From the NCBI GenBank assembly GCA_044892525.1, contig CM097886.1, positions 82,584,001 to 82,648,000 on the forward strand: DNA of 64,000 nt. The letters run 5' to 3'. This DNA comes from Schmidtea polychroa. Lineage: Eukaryota. Below the pieces are notes generated by a model, which worked only from the letters and a program-made list of their open reading frames with translations, was not told where the DNA came from and searched no databases. Made by a program: the position numbers and the translations under genes. Of this stretch, positions 35,801 through 50,800 are shown piece after piece; positions within the stretch are counted from its first letter, which is position 1, and each line of letters opens with the position of its first letter.

Positions 35801-38800
35801 CCAAGTTTTTTCATTATGACATTGAAATTCACAAATAAAATTAAAAATGTACACTGAATAATTATTTTTAATTATGAATAAAAATTTTTTTCTTAAATAT
35901 TTCTACTGTTGTCGTCCTGAAGAAATCATGTTCATTACAAAATCATGTGCATTACAAAGTTTTATTTATTCATCTTTTTAAAAAATAAGGAAAACCTAAA
36001 CTTGGATCGTAGGAATGGATTATATATTTTTCAAAATTTTTTAGCCGACCATCTGAAATAGTCCAAAAAATTCGACTAAGTATTTTGGCTAGTGTACAAA
36101 TGCTACTGCAAAAATTTTTTCAAAAAAAATTCTTCTAATATTTTCCGACTACTGATGTGAAAAAAAATTCTTGACCCACATTGAAAAACTTACTTTAAAT
36201 TTAAAAAAAAATTTTAATTTCATAATTTAAAAAAATAATTGCTGACAAATTATGACTCATATATTGGTTTGTACAGCGACCTGTATTATAGAAGGTTTTA
36301 ATCATAGAAACTAGTGTAATAAGATTCTGAGTCTGACTAACAAAAGTATTTGCCACGTGATTATTTGCATTGTAAAACAACCAATCAAAACGCAATTTTA
36401 CCAATACAATACTATATATTTGAATAAGTAATAAAAATTAAAAATTTCATGGAAAACATTCTCCGGATGAAACTCCATTCAACATTATTAGTAGATTTCT
36501 AAGTTTTATATATTTACTTCAGTTTTTTATGGGTATCTACAAAAACCAATACATTAGAATAAAATGACTTAAAACTTAATGGGTGCATAATGTATTTGTG
36601 TAAAAACTAAACTTAATAATTGGCCAAATACTAAAGTGAACTGAAGACTATAATCAGGTGGCAGTGGCGTCACTAGGGTTGTTGTAACCACTGGTGTAAC
36701 TCATGGTGTCACCCACCCCTCACCACATCTCATAGACCTCCGAATCTGCCAGTGCCAAATAACGGTAACATACAGAATCCTTAGTAACATTTATAAATAT
36801 AAGTCCTATATTTACAAAAGCATAAGAAGAAAAAATTAATTCAAGGTCGGTTGTAAAAGATTGTAAGAAGTTAAGAACTAAAAACTACATAGAAATATGT
36901 TACTTTTTTAAATTGTTAAATTTTATGTCATATTAAATCTTGACTAAATCAGAACTTTCCTTTCCAGGACTTTAAAGCTGCAAACTTTTTAATTACTTCA
37001 TCTAAATTAACTACTTTCGCCAAATCACTTTCAATTGATAATATTACAAGATCAGAAAACCTTGAAAACCGTGGTAGATTGCAAATAGTTCTTTATAAAC
37101 TTTAGCTTTGTAAAACTCCTCTCGCATGAAACCACAGACACAGATCATAAGCAATAATTGCAGGCTCACTGAGAGATATGGGACAGATTCTAAGAAGTTC
37201 CGTTCAGCTTAAAATTTCAAAAGTCAAGTACTGACCAGTCTTTGGCTTCTTCTAAATCATTATCTGCTGCCTTCTCAGCCTTGGAATTTCTAATAAAAGC
37301 TCTTCCTCTGATAACTCATCATTAAAAGTGGTCAATTTTGGAATGGACACCAGTAACTCTTACTCAGTGGCAGATATTAAAACTCTTGGCTTGAACAGCC
37401 TCATACATGGCTGCTACTTCTTTGAAGGCTCTTGATCTGATCTGGAGTTCCGAATAAAAACGATAAATACACTCAAGTATCGTTTTTTGTTTTCTTCTCG
37501 CAGAGTTAGTCCAGGATCTCCTGTATTCTCACCTGTCATTCTCTTCTTGAACCTGGGTCTGATCTCTACTGAAACTCCATATTGGTCTAATTTTAAAAGC
37601 GCCTTTTCAATTGCCTGCTTCACAAGATGATTGCGCTGCTCGTACATAAAAAGTCTTAGTGTCTTTAGCTTTATCACCACCTTATCAAAATTTACGCCCT
37701 AAGTACATCACACCAAAGGAAGGCATAGCACAGAAACGAGAAATTGCAGACAGCCGGTAAGAGACCTCAGGCTCTACCTCTTGTGTTTAAATTTTCATCT
37801 GGATTACATAGATCTTCAATTACCGCCACACATTCATCGGATTTTTCTTTCACTGTCTTTACTACAGGACGATGAGAACTCCAGTTTCACAATCATTATT
37901 TCTTAAGCTAAAAATAATTAAACCGTTTGCGGACGGAATTAATTTAAATAAGTAAGGGTTTTTAGCATCAAAAGTTTTAGTATACGAATAGCCGATATCG
38001 TGGTATGATTTTTTAAAGTTATTATACATTGTTGAACGTCTGAAGCAAAATTCGTGGTCAGCATTGCTGGTCTACCGTCCGCAAACATATAAGCAATTTA
38101 ATGACAGCACTGTTTGCCTACCGTCCGCAAATGGTTAACTCATTAAATCTAGTAACATTTCCATGCACAAATACAAAGTTCATTAAATAAATTTTATAAT
38201 AAAAATGTATAGACTGTTTATACCTGCTGTGAAAACCAGTAGATACACTGCTCACATAATTACTACCAACATTTCGGACTCCTTTGAAATTAAAGTGTTA
38301 ATAAAAATTGTAAAAATTTAAATTTAATATATTTCCTTGTTTTTAATTTATTATCTGAATTCGCATTATCAAAAGAATGCTAAAAACACTATAAATGTTT
38401 CGTTCTAAAAACCTTACTTCACTTGATTCATATGTCGTATTAAATTTCAAATTGTTCATTTTGTAAAGTTCATTGAAACAATTAATTTTAACATTTAATC
38501 AATATAATAAAATAAGTTAATAATTTTGCGTTTAGAAATTTGCCAATTGCAATCTTGCTATCATTGCTCATTGTTACGTCAGTTTATATAATGGTAAATG
38601 TTGCATATTTGGGCGTACTTACTCCTCGGGAAATGTTAATTGCAGGAGAAACTTCATCGGCAATTGCTGTGGTTTGTGAATTTATTTTAAAAATTTCATA
38701 TTTTAATTTTTTATTGAACAAACATTATATTTTTTAATACCTCTATTCTAAAATTAAAGAATAATCATAAATAATTATTTTTGTAAATAAATTTAACCTT

Positions 38801-41800
38801 TAAAACAATATTTTAAAATAATTATATTTAGTTTTACTGTGATAGATTTCTTATTTTAGTGCTCCGAATCTGTTACTAAATTTTTATAGATAGTATTTAA
38901 TTCAATATTAAAATTTACCAAAGTACTAATTAAGCAAGTGAAGATTTTTTCTCCGTTTCACATCTTTTGAATATTGGAACAGCAGAAACATAATTTTTGA
39001 ATATATATTTAAACAAACATGGAAACAATTTAATTATAAGAAGTCGCCACTCAAACATTCGTGTTACAATATATTTCAACAGTTTTAATAACTAGTATAT
39101 AATAGCTAGAAATTATAGATTTCTGAACAAATTTATTGAATTAACCAGCAATATTTTTATTTTAACAATGTTTTCATACATCTATTCAATTTTTTCTTTT
39201 TAAAAATAATATTTAACTTTTATAATATTTTAATTTAAGTGTTAATCCAAAATTCACTAACTGTGGTTAACGGTGTTGGGTTTTTAATGTAAGTCGGTAC
39301 TACGATCTGACTCCTTTGTGTTCTTTTCAAAATAAATAAACGACCCAACACAAAATCTTTATTTAACACTGATGGAGTTACAGTTTTCACTCACACTTGA
39401 TACAATAAGGTTTTGTTTGCACTTTTTAATTTGCTAACAAATCTCACGCAGGGATAGATCTTCCAACGGGAGATGTCCCTTTCTGGTACGTTCAATTTTT
39501 AAATTATTTATTTTCTACTAACTTTAATGTTTCCTTTTTCGCTCTCGCCAAACTTCTATTTTCTTTTTTTCGACCAACTGGCAGTTTTGTTTTCTTGCCA
39601 GTTGCTTTTATACCCACTTGGTAATTGACTTTATTTTTGCAAATTAGTTTGGGTCTAACTTCTCCCCGGCCTTCCTCTTGTAGCTCTAATTCAATTTAAG
39701 GAAATTGCCCCTTTTTCTTTGACGGCTCGCGTCACTTTTATTTTATTCAGCTAATTTAATTGCCTTTCCAAAATTGGATTGCTAATTCAGGTTTTCTCAA
39801 ATCGCTCGGGTTTTCCATTGTCTCGGGTTTCCCATTAGCTCGGGTTCTCCATTAGTTAATTAATTTTTGTTTTTTGTAATTTATTTCTTTTAGGGACCCC
39901 CCCACCCATTGATTTTATTTTATTATAGTTGAACTCGTCTCATTATTTAGCATCCGCCCATACCAGTTTCCCCCGGAAATTATTCATTTTTAAAAAATTT
40001 TGATTTTTAATTAATATTTTGTATTTTAAATTTTATTTTGAATTTGGTGTTTTTATCGATTTTCACCTCATTTTTGTGCCTCTCCTGTTGAACCCCAACA
40101 ACGGGCTTAAATAATTAACTGTTTTGGTAGAGTTAGTCCAGTTACCATACAATTCAAGACAATTAAAATTTCATTTCATTTATTTTCTTATCAAAATTAT
40201 ACATTTTATAAAATTTTATCAACAATCAATGTGAGAGCAACCTAAATTTATATTGTTGACATTGATTTTTGCGACCATTAATTTTTGGTTTAATCAATTG
40301 TAAACCATTTAAATATTTGAAAGTTAAATTTTAACTTGTCGAAACATTCATATCGGTGTTTAAAAATAAATCTTGCATATTGTGACAACAAAAATCTGAA
40401 ACCTAAAAATTGAAGGGTCCAAAAGAATTGTGATAACCTATTGCAGTGGTTCCCAAATGTTTTCTGCGAAAAGAGTAATAAATTTTACTATTTTCAAAAG
40501 TAAAATTTTTAATTCGATTCCGATTTCTAATTAAATTGTTGGGTTATATTTGTTAAAGTCGGTTCTGACTCTGACTCCTCGTGGTCTTTGTTTCAATTAT
40601 TAAAATAAGACCAACACAGAATACTTTATTAAACGTTAATAAATTTCTATAAAAATTCAATAAGGAAAGTTACCCAACGGAAACTGCATTTTTATTAGAT
40701 TTTGAATATTTGAATATTTTCTTTCTCTTTGTTCAATCTGTGGCTGATTTCTCTTCGATCAAACTGGAGTTTATCTATCAGTGTCATTTCTTTTTATACT
40801 GGTTTTACTCCTAAAATTTTTACAATCAAATAATTTAATTAACCAGTAACCAAAACTACTCAAAATAAAACAATTAAGCAGGCGTCATCTCGCCGTTGCT
40901 CAAAAATCTCCTGTCACTAATTCAATACTATTCCATCTTTATTGATTTTTTGAGTGAGACCTAATCTCATTATCATTTTGATTACCACTTTGATTTTCTA
41001 CATAGCTAATAAACAATTTATATATTTTTTAATTAATTTACCGTATTAGCTTGAAAAAATTACTCATAAAAAATTGAAAATTAAGTGAAATTCAGTCAGA
41101 TAAGCGTTTGGTTAGGTATTTAAAAGTAATACATAGGTTATATTTGTTGGATTATGAAGTTGGTCATAAAATTAAAATTCTTACTCTGATTCCAAGCGTT
41201 TCTTTGATTGACCCACAAATAACAATTAACACTGAAAACTTTATTGAATATCACAAATATTTTCACACTGATACAATTGACTCAACAAGCTAACTATTAT
41301 ACCGTGTTTATTACAACACTATGGTGAGGAATAGCATATTCGTATAACTTTGATTTGAAAAATCTCTCACAACTGAGGAGTTTACTAATTGATAATTTTA
41401 ACTGGTTGTTCTCTGATTTTGACTTGGTTTTACTCGCCTAACTTTATTCTATTATCAACTGAATAAACGATTGCTGATTCTCTTTAATTCTGTTTTCTTT
41501 TTAGTTTCTCTGTTTCAATTTTATTCAAATATTTCTTCTAAATTGTTCTCTCAATGGCTTCTCCAAACTGTTCACTAATACAATTCTCCCACGTCTTTTT
41601 AATTTTTTAACTCGTCATCTATATAGTTTTTTTGCTTCTGCTGTGCCACATCCTTTTATACCTCGTCAATTTGTGACACTTCTGTTTATCTTCAATTCCA
41701 CCATTTTTTTCCAACATGATTTTCCAGTTTTCCCTGCAGCCGAGTTATCTTTGACAGCTGTCGCAATATTTATTATTTTTTCCTTTTGCGGCTCCGGCCT

Positions 41801-44800
41801 GCTTTTGTTTTGTTTCCCTTATCCCTGACAAGCTGTCGAAAAAAGAATATTGTTGTTTTTCTGTATTCCAGATTTAGAAATTCTTTTTCCTTTTTGTATT
41901 AATTTGCCCTTGGTTTTTATTTTCATGTTTGATTTCTTTTGTTTCCTTCATCTTCCTCATTTCTCATTTATTTTTGCTTCCCCTTTCTTTTCTGAGTTCC
42001 CACCGATTGTCCCGTTTGTCATGACGATCTTCCCCCAGGTAATCTTATCTATTTATTTCTAAATTGTGATTTAGCTATCCTCAACATATTCATGATAATA
42101 AATTTAATTAATTTAAACCAAAATTAATATTACGTAAGTGGAGACATATTCGAACTGCAACAGCGCTGCATAAACAAAGGCGCTGGCCTAGACCACATGG
42201 TTGTTCTGACGTGTTTGGTCAAGGTATGAGTTGTTCAGAAGCTTATTAGCATTTTAATCTCCGTAGGAGAATGTCGTTATTTAAATTACATTACTTAAAC
42301 CCCGAATTTAGCGCGAGTCGATTATTTAATAAAAACAAAATGTTAAAAAATATCGCGTTATATTCGGGCTAATACGATATATTTTTTGAATTTAATTTTA
42401 TTATGCTTGCATTCGTCTCAACATTTGTTTTCCGTATATATATATATAGACATTTCCATCGGAATACATCATTTTTATTAATTTAAATTCCTTTTCTGCT
42501 TTTTAGACAACCCCAACAAAATTAAATTTTTGAATATTCTAAAAATCTTCCTTGATATATAAAAATTTCAATCTAAAATATTAATCTGATGAAAATTGTG
42601 CAATTAAAATCTTGTAATTGAAAACTGCATCGAATGCTACAAAGGTTTTTGAAATTAGAAATATATATGATGGTAATTATGTAATCACGTCATCATAAGA
42701 ATTATTAATTTTAGTTATTAAAATCAATGAATTTATAAAATTTTGAGATATTCAGTACCTAATTTTTAATAATCTTGCAAATGATTGTCTGACAATATGA
42801 ATAAAATCTAAATGAATTCTTAAATTGTGAATGTTGAAAATAGTTTATTTAAAATTCTAATTACTTTTTAACACTTGCCGATTTGTTTATTTAAATAGGC
42901 AATATTGTTTATTTGGCCAATTACGTATTATTTATTTTTATTTGTAGAATTTGTTATCTGTATTTGTATGATGTCCCGAATATCGATCATATTGTTTTAT
43001 TAAAATCTATCATTAATTCGATCAAATATTCCATTATAACTATTTTTGTTTTAATTTTAAATTTAAAGTCTTAATAAATGTAAAAATCATTAGTAAATAT
43101 AACGCTACAATTTAAATGCACACTATTTTAATGTATTTGCACACTATAAATGCTAACTATAAATAATAAATGCTAACTATAAATAACTATAAATAATAAA
43201 TACTAACTATAAATAACTATAAATAATAAATGCTAACTATAAATAATAAATGCTAACTATAAATAATAAATGCAAACTATAATAAATAAAAGCTAACTAT
43301 AAATAAATTATTTTCTAACTATGTTTGTTTTATTCATAATAAATCTTTGTCGTTATAGCAATGATGGAATTTAAAAAAAATTCAGAGTTTGACTTTGTTC
43401 CAGAATACTGTTCTTCAGGAAATGAAGATGAAGAACACGTTTTAAAACTTGAAACTCGAAGGAAAAAAATTTGCAAAGACTGGAAAAGAGCAAATGCATT
43501 TGCAAGTTCAAATGAAGCTGAGGATTTTGTAAAAAACGAAAAAGTGTGGTCTTGTTTTCGGACAAATAAATCTGAAGAGGGGAAAAAGAGGTTTTCCCGC
43601 TGTAATCGTGTTAAATTTCGTGGAGAACAATGTTCAGTCTCAGTTTACTTGTGGTACGAGTCCAGCACTAGTGATGTTGTTCTATACAGATCAGGACATG
43701 CACATGATTGTGACAACATCAAAACAAGAACAACAATGACAGATACAGTCAAAGCTGAAATTGACAAATTATTTTGTTTAAAATTGAAACCAAAAGCAAT
43801 GTTAGAACATTTGTCTAACGAAAAATTACCCCTTCCGAGTCAAACACAACTGAATAATCATCTGGCATCCTTGAGAAAGTCCAAATATGGTGCCAACATC
43901 ATTAGCCTTGGAGAATTAAATCAGTGGTTGCAAATTCATTCAGCTGTTCCAGAAGCAGATAACAAAGCATTTGTTGTTGCATATGAAATTAAATATGAGG
44001 ACACTGGATATTTCCGGTACTTCATTTCATCCAAAACAATGTTGAAAATGGCTTTAAACGCTGACAACATTCATGCAGATGTTACATACAAACTTGTATG
44101 GCAAGGCTTCCCTGTTCTTGTTATTGGTACAACAGATCGCAATCGCCAGTTTCATTGTTTTGGTATTGAAGTATGCACCGATGAAAAAACTGAGGACTTC
44201 AAATTTTTGTTTACTGCATTGAAGAATGAAGTTCCTAAAATCTTCAATGCTCCCTTCAATCCAAGCACATTAATTTCTGATGCATCAAAAAGCATCCAAA
44301 ACTCTTTCATAGCAGTGTTTGGCAAAGACGTATTGGTGATTATGTGCTGGGCTCATATGAAAAAAAATGTTCAGAAAAAAGTGGATTCTTTGATTCCAAA
44401 AGATGCAAGACAGGAAATTTTGTCTGACATTGATTCTTTGCAACTCAGTCAATCCAGAGAAGTTTTTGAAAAAGCATCAATTTTATTCTTGAAAAAGTGG
44501 AAGGCAAACTAGGAGTTTGTCGAATACTTCACAGCTGAATGGCTGAAATCAAATAAAAATTGGTTTGAAGGTGCCAAAAAACTAACACCTAGCACAAACA
44601 ATGCCCTTGAGGCATACAACCGAGTCATGAAAGATGAAGATTCTATGAGAGAGCGAGTCTCACTATCAATATTTACTGTTGGATTGGTTGATTGGATTGA
44701 AAGGTGGTCCAACAATTACGAATCTGGAATTAAAGTCATCAAAACCGAACCAGAAATTGATTTGGAACTTTGGACTAGCTCATACCAGTGGGCAAAGTTG

Positions 44801-47800
44801 AAGAAAACCATTTCTCCAGAATCAACAGAGAGTGGTGTTGTTTACAAAATTGCTGCAAACCTACGATGGAATTGACAACTGGGAAACGTTTGATGAGTTT
44901 AAAATTAATGCATTTCTTTCATGGACTACTATTTTACCAAAAGATCAAAATGACTGGATTAACGGAGACTGTAACTGCCCTTCTTTTTTTAAAAAAATGC
45001 TTTGCAAACACATTCTTGGATTAGCTATTCGACTAAAGCTTGTAGCCCCTCCAACCGAAGCGAAAAATGTTCCAATTGGAACCAAAAGAAAGAGAGGTCG
45101 CCCTGCAAAAGCAAGAAAAGCATTGCTGTTGCAGTAGAACTAAAAATTTATTATAACTAGTGCAAATAAAATGCAGCCATCATACAAAACATTTTGTTAA
45201 ACCATTTTTTAAATGTCTATAAATTGTTGTATTTAAGCATTCACAATAAATTGTAATCTCTATGCTTTTTTATTCATTGAAATATACCTGAAATTTTTAT
45301 TTTATAATGTATAAATATTTTTGAAAATAGTGTGCAAATATTTATTTTTTAGTTTGCAGAACATAGTTAGCAAATATCGATTTTATAGTGTGCAAAGATC
45401 ATTTTTTTAGTTTGCAAAATATAGTTAGCAAATATCGATTTTATAGTGTGCAAAAATCATTTTTTTAGTTTTCAAAAAATAGTTAGCAAATATCGATTTT
45501 ATAGTGTGCAAAAATTATTTTTTAGTTTGCAAAAATAGTTTTTAGTTTGCATTTAATAAGGAGCCTAAATATAATATGACACAAAAGAACCCCCAACCTG
45601 TGCTTAGGCATTTAAATTGACATTTATGTAATAAAAAGTTAATTGTTCCAAGATATTTTGTCGTGTGTTATTTTGCTAAACAGCATACTCACAGATTCAA
45701 TATTTCCTTCTTGATGAACATAAGTAAGGCATAACCTGATAGCTTATTAAATTTAAATAATAAACATCTTTAATCCGTGTTTAGATTTCATAATATTATA
45801 TTCTAATTCAAACCTTTGAAAATTTATACCATTTTCTACTCGAATATCAAAACAATACACGATTTTTAAGGAACAAAATTTTAACTAGTCTTTATTATCC
45901 GAATCGTGCTACTTCAAATATCGTACCTCGCTGCTACTAAGATTAGACTTCCTAAATTTTTAAATTAGATATAAAAAACTACGTTTTTCATAAGTTTATA
46001 AGATAACTTTATTCTTGTTTCCTCAACCTAAAGATTCATCAGCAAAAACTATGGAAAAGCATATGTTCCTAATGAGAATATGAGTATTGGTGATCATGTT
46101 ATTGTTCATGCATATTATAGATAGGATATGGGTCAAAGTATTTTTTGTTTACGTTATCTAAAAATATACCCGAAGAGTCTTATTTCATCAGCAGGCATCA
46201 ATAAGAATCATTTCACACTATTAATACATTTCTTGATATAACTTTTAATAATTCTTCCTTCATTGGAAATGGTAAAGGGTTGTCTAAAAATGTCAGTGCT
46301 TTGGACATGAAACAAAATGTTTATCATGAAAAATGACAGTATATTTCACACTTGTAATATAAATAGAAAATACTTTTTGCATTATGATGAATTCAATAAG
46401 AAGAAAATTAAAATATCACCCATAGTTTAAAAATTGAAAACTTTATATTAGGGATTTGCCGAAAGAACCATGGGCTCATTTTCGTGGATCATGTCTATAT
46501 GTGTTGCGGCATCAGTATTTGGCAGCATGAATGGAGAAATATTATCAATGTCCAGGTTTGATTATAATTTTTTCCACAAGCATTTTTGTAAAATGTCCTT
46601 TTTCCTTTTCAATATGTTTTAGAAAACAATATTTAATTTTTATTTAAATTTTATAAATTTTTACATAATATAATTAATAATAAATTACGAAGCAATATTA
46701 CTAGGATTATATTAGTCGTTGTAAACCGCAAAGAATATTTTTATTTTTGAAATAAAAATCTGAAAAGTAATAAATATGGCAAATAAAGCTTCTATATTTT
46801 GAAATTGAATGTTCTTAAAAATTTAAGATATTTACGATTAATTGGTAGCGATTCTAAGCATTGGTATTCAGTGCTCTTAGGACATATGAAAATTGAGGAA
46901 GACATGAATCCGTATTTATCTATTACTTTTGCGTTAAATCCATAAAATTGTTTTCAGTGCCAAATAATATTTTTAGTATAATCTTTATGTAAAGGATTTA
47001 GTAAAATTATTTAACTAGATTAACATATGCTGGAGCTAATGAAAAACACTTGCCAACAGTAATCAGTATGATTAGTAGAAGACATTTGACCCCAATGCCG
47101 TCAATAATTATTATGGTATGTTAGTAATTATTTTTTAACCATTTTTTAAAACTTCTTCATTTTTATACTAATGTTCCTGCTATAACACGATTTGCCTATT
47201 AAAAATTCGTTATATAAAAATTGAATTGTATTTTTTTCTATCAGGGTAGATCATGCGCATTTAATTGAGTATATGTCAATATATTGTATTATAAGTAACC
47301 CGGTTAGAAAAGCGTCAAGAAATATTTAATAGAAAATTCCTATCTTTAATATATCAATTTAAAATCGCCATGCAAAAGGTGAAAAAACATCTCACATTGC
47401 AAATTTAAACGAAGCAACAGTCCCAACTATAAAAAAATGAAGAAAAAGTTCGGGTAGTGAAGACGACTTTGTTCGACCGAAAAATGCGTTTAACTGTACT
47501 AAGCAGTACCGATTAAAAAAGAAAAGTATTTAAAATTTTTTTTTTGTGCTACCATATAAATATTTTTGTGAAAAACAATCTAATAAATTTATTGGAGTTA
47601 AATTTTTTAAAACTTTTTCTGAATATAACCCTTTTTTTATACTGACTTCTAGTTTCGTTTAACACGGTTTTTTTAGGAACTTAACTATCATGTTATAAGA
47701 AGGAAACCTGTATTTAGAAAAGTAATTGGAAATTGGAATAAAATTTATTATAAATTGGAAAAATTTATAATATATTTTATAATATATTTTTTAAATATTT

Positions 47801-50800
47801 TTTACATGTTAAATTTAAAATTTAAGTACTAATTAATATTATTATTATTACTATTACCAAGAGAGGATCCGGTAAAAATGATGGATAGCTGGAAATTTGA
47901 TAAAATTCTCGCCCAAGTAATCACTAAATTTTTCACAATACCTATTTAAAATGACATGACTTAAATAATTTTAAATATTTAATAAAAATATTAAAACCAT
48001 TTATCTGTTTTTCTCTAATTCAATTATTCGATAGGAATAATTGAAAAATGCTGTACCTATCACAGTTAAATGTGAATCTGAAACACGCTGGAGTGTTAGA
48101 ATTGAAGCTATTAATCTCATTAAAATTAAGAACTTAATGAATTGAAAAAAGTTTACTTGAAAAACTATGAGATGATGTAAATGCGACACACGAAACAAGA
48201 AGCGATGCAGAAGTTAATTTACAAATGTTCTAAATTTTATTTTTCTAACTCTATTGTATTTCTGGCACACCATTTTTGGGTAAAAACGACTATATTCAGG
48301 AACGGTTTTAGGATCCAACTGTGAACTTCAAAGAAGCAACATCTGATTAGGAATCAATGGAAATAAATCTTACAGAAATTCGTTAAGACTTCAGCGTAAA
48401 TTCTGGAAAAGTCAAAACCAGATGCATAGCATGGAAAGTGAAGTTGAAAGGCGAACCATACGAAGACGTCAGATGCCTGGGCAATTGTCACGCGATTTTG
48501 GTCTTTTGGTAGATGATTAAACAATCCGTGTTATGCAGAGCGTTCTAGATAGACTTCGACAGGAAATGTCGACACAAAACTTGAAATTTGAATTTTTACC
48601 AGATCTAAAGACTATATTTAAAATTGAAGATCAATATTTTAATTCACTGAGACAATAATGTAGGAATTTTGGGAATTTTTACGACACTGATATCCATGGG
48701 GACAAAATTTGATTAGAAATTTGTGACTGTCAAATGTTACTTCATAAAAGATGATGCTTTACCAGCAACTCCATTGGATATTCTGTCTTTTTTAATTCTC
48801 TTGGTGACGATGTCTTTCCAAATTTGTGAATTTCATTGTAAACCCCCCGCCCTAAAGATTTCAGTATCCATCGTTACCTCTAAAAGTTCTTTCAAAAAGT
48901 TGAAGCTGATTTTGTCGCAGTTGCGCGCTCTGATGATATAAAATCGTCTTATTCAGCTTACACTGCTCAGTATTGAACTGTTGGGCAAAGAAATTTGTAT
49001 ATAAAAGAAAGGCATAACAAATATTGGTAAAATCAATAAATATACTGTTGAGGATACCTAAATAACAATTTATAAATAAATAAATAAAATTACCTGGGGA
49101 AGATCGCCATGACAAACGGGACGATCTATTGGAACTCAGAAAAGAAAACGGAAGTAAAAATAAATTAAAAAATGAGAAAGATAAAGAAAATAAAATGAAT
49201 CAAACAGGAAAATAAAAATCAAGGTCAGTACTAATTAATTAGTACAAAAAGGAAAAGGAATTTTGAAATCGGGGAAAAAGGAAAACAACAATATCCTTAT
49301 CTCGCCAGCTTGCCAGTGATAACAGAATTGATGGTAGAAAGCGGTCAAACAAAAAAGGGAAAATAACTTGACAGCTGTCAGAGATAAAAATAGGACAGTC
49401 GGGGAAAGCAGGAGAAAGAAAATGGGAAAACACTTGATTATCTGGAGTGCCACAAGAGAAGCGAACTATATAAGGGAAAACTGGTGGACATGAAAGGAAG
49501 AAGAAAAATTAGAGACAGAAGTGACGCGAAATTAAGACAATTTGAGAGATAAAATAATTGGAGAAAATTAGACGTTGGACGAAACGTTGTTGGACAAACG
49601 ATTGTCAAAAATAATTGTAAAGGAAATAATTGTGGAAAGTAATTATTGGAGAAGAGTTGAAGAAAAGAATTAGTTGAATAATAAAACGAAAAGAAGTTAT
49701 TTGATTATTTGAATAAAGTTGTGAAGAAAGTCAAAGAAAACAACCAGTTCAAAATCCCAGTTTAGAAACCAATCAGTAATTTGTGATCTTTTAATCCGGT
49801 GTTATACACAAGTTTATTATCAGTGTAAAGAGAAAGATTATTTGTGATTATCAATAAAGATTTCTGTCAAGTGTTATTTGTGAATCGTATAAAGACACGC
49901 TTGGAGTCAGAGTAACATTTAAAATTATCACCAACTCAATAACCCAACAATACAAAATTAATTAAAACTTAGTAAAAATCAATATTGAACGGGGGTATCG
50001 GGTATGGTTGAACGCTAAATTGATAGACAAATTCATAAATTATAATGAAAATTTAATTAGGGGTTCACAGAGAAAGTTAATGCGAAAAAACAAATTAATT
50101 AAAATTATTTAATCTATAATGGAATGCCCGAGCCCATAGAAAACACGAGCGCTGAATGAAACCGGAAGCACAGTGAGACCCGATCGACCAGATAAGAGAG
50201 GGAATTTTCCGATCGCCTATGTAGAACAAACAAATTAAAATAATTTAGAAACCCTCAAATGTTTACCTAGGATTTCCGGGAGATCATTAATTGCAATTCT
50301 GTAGATAATTGTCCTTTCACAAACAGTATAAAAAAAGAGCTCAGAAACAGGCCGCCAGTTGTTCGAAGAAACAAAAAAAAATTCAAAGAATCAGGCGATT
50401 AGTGATAGCAGAACGAAATATAGTAATAGAAAAAAAGATTTAATTCAAGTACTGATTACCCTTGGGTTATCTACACATTTTAATATTTATATTGAGCGAA
50501 TGGTGCAAATATAGTGACAAATTGTAATCTAATTGAAATTGAATAAATTTATTCTGTGTTGTGGTTCGATTAGTTTAAATAAGAACACGAGGATTCAGAG
50601 GGAACCGACTTTAAAAATAAAACCCAACAGAACGAAACGAAATGGAAATTGTGGTTTTGATGAAGTTATTAACAAGTTTGCCACAGTTGAATCTAGGAAA
50701 ATAAAACTATTATGAACATTTACACATACGGGCAGAACAATGTACGAGTTTATAGTTATTTAGTAATTAAATGTAATTAAATATAATATTTTAGCTTCCA

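Noticed and set aside
43140-45540. CRISPR-like arrays in the tandem repeats near 43140-43320, 45320-45540 and 7200-7275
   Set aside because: No unique spacers, no cas genes, eukaryotic context. These are transposon subterminal or LTR tandem repeats.
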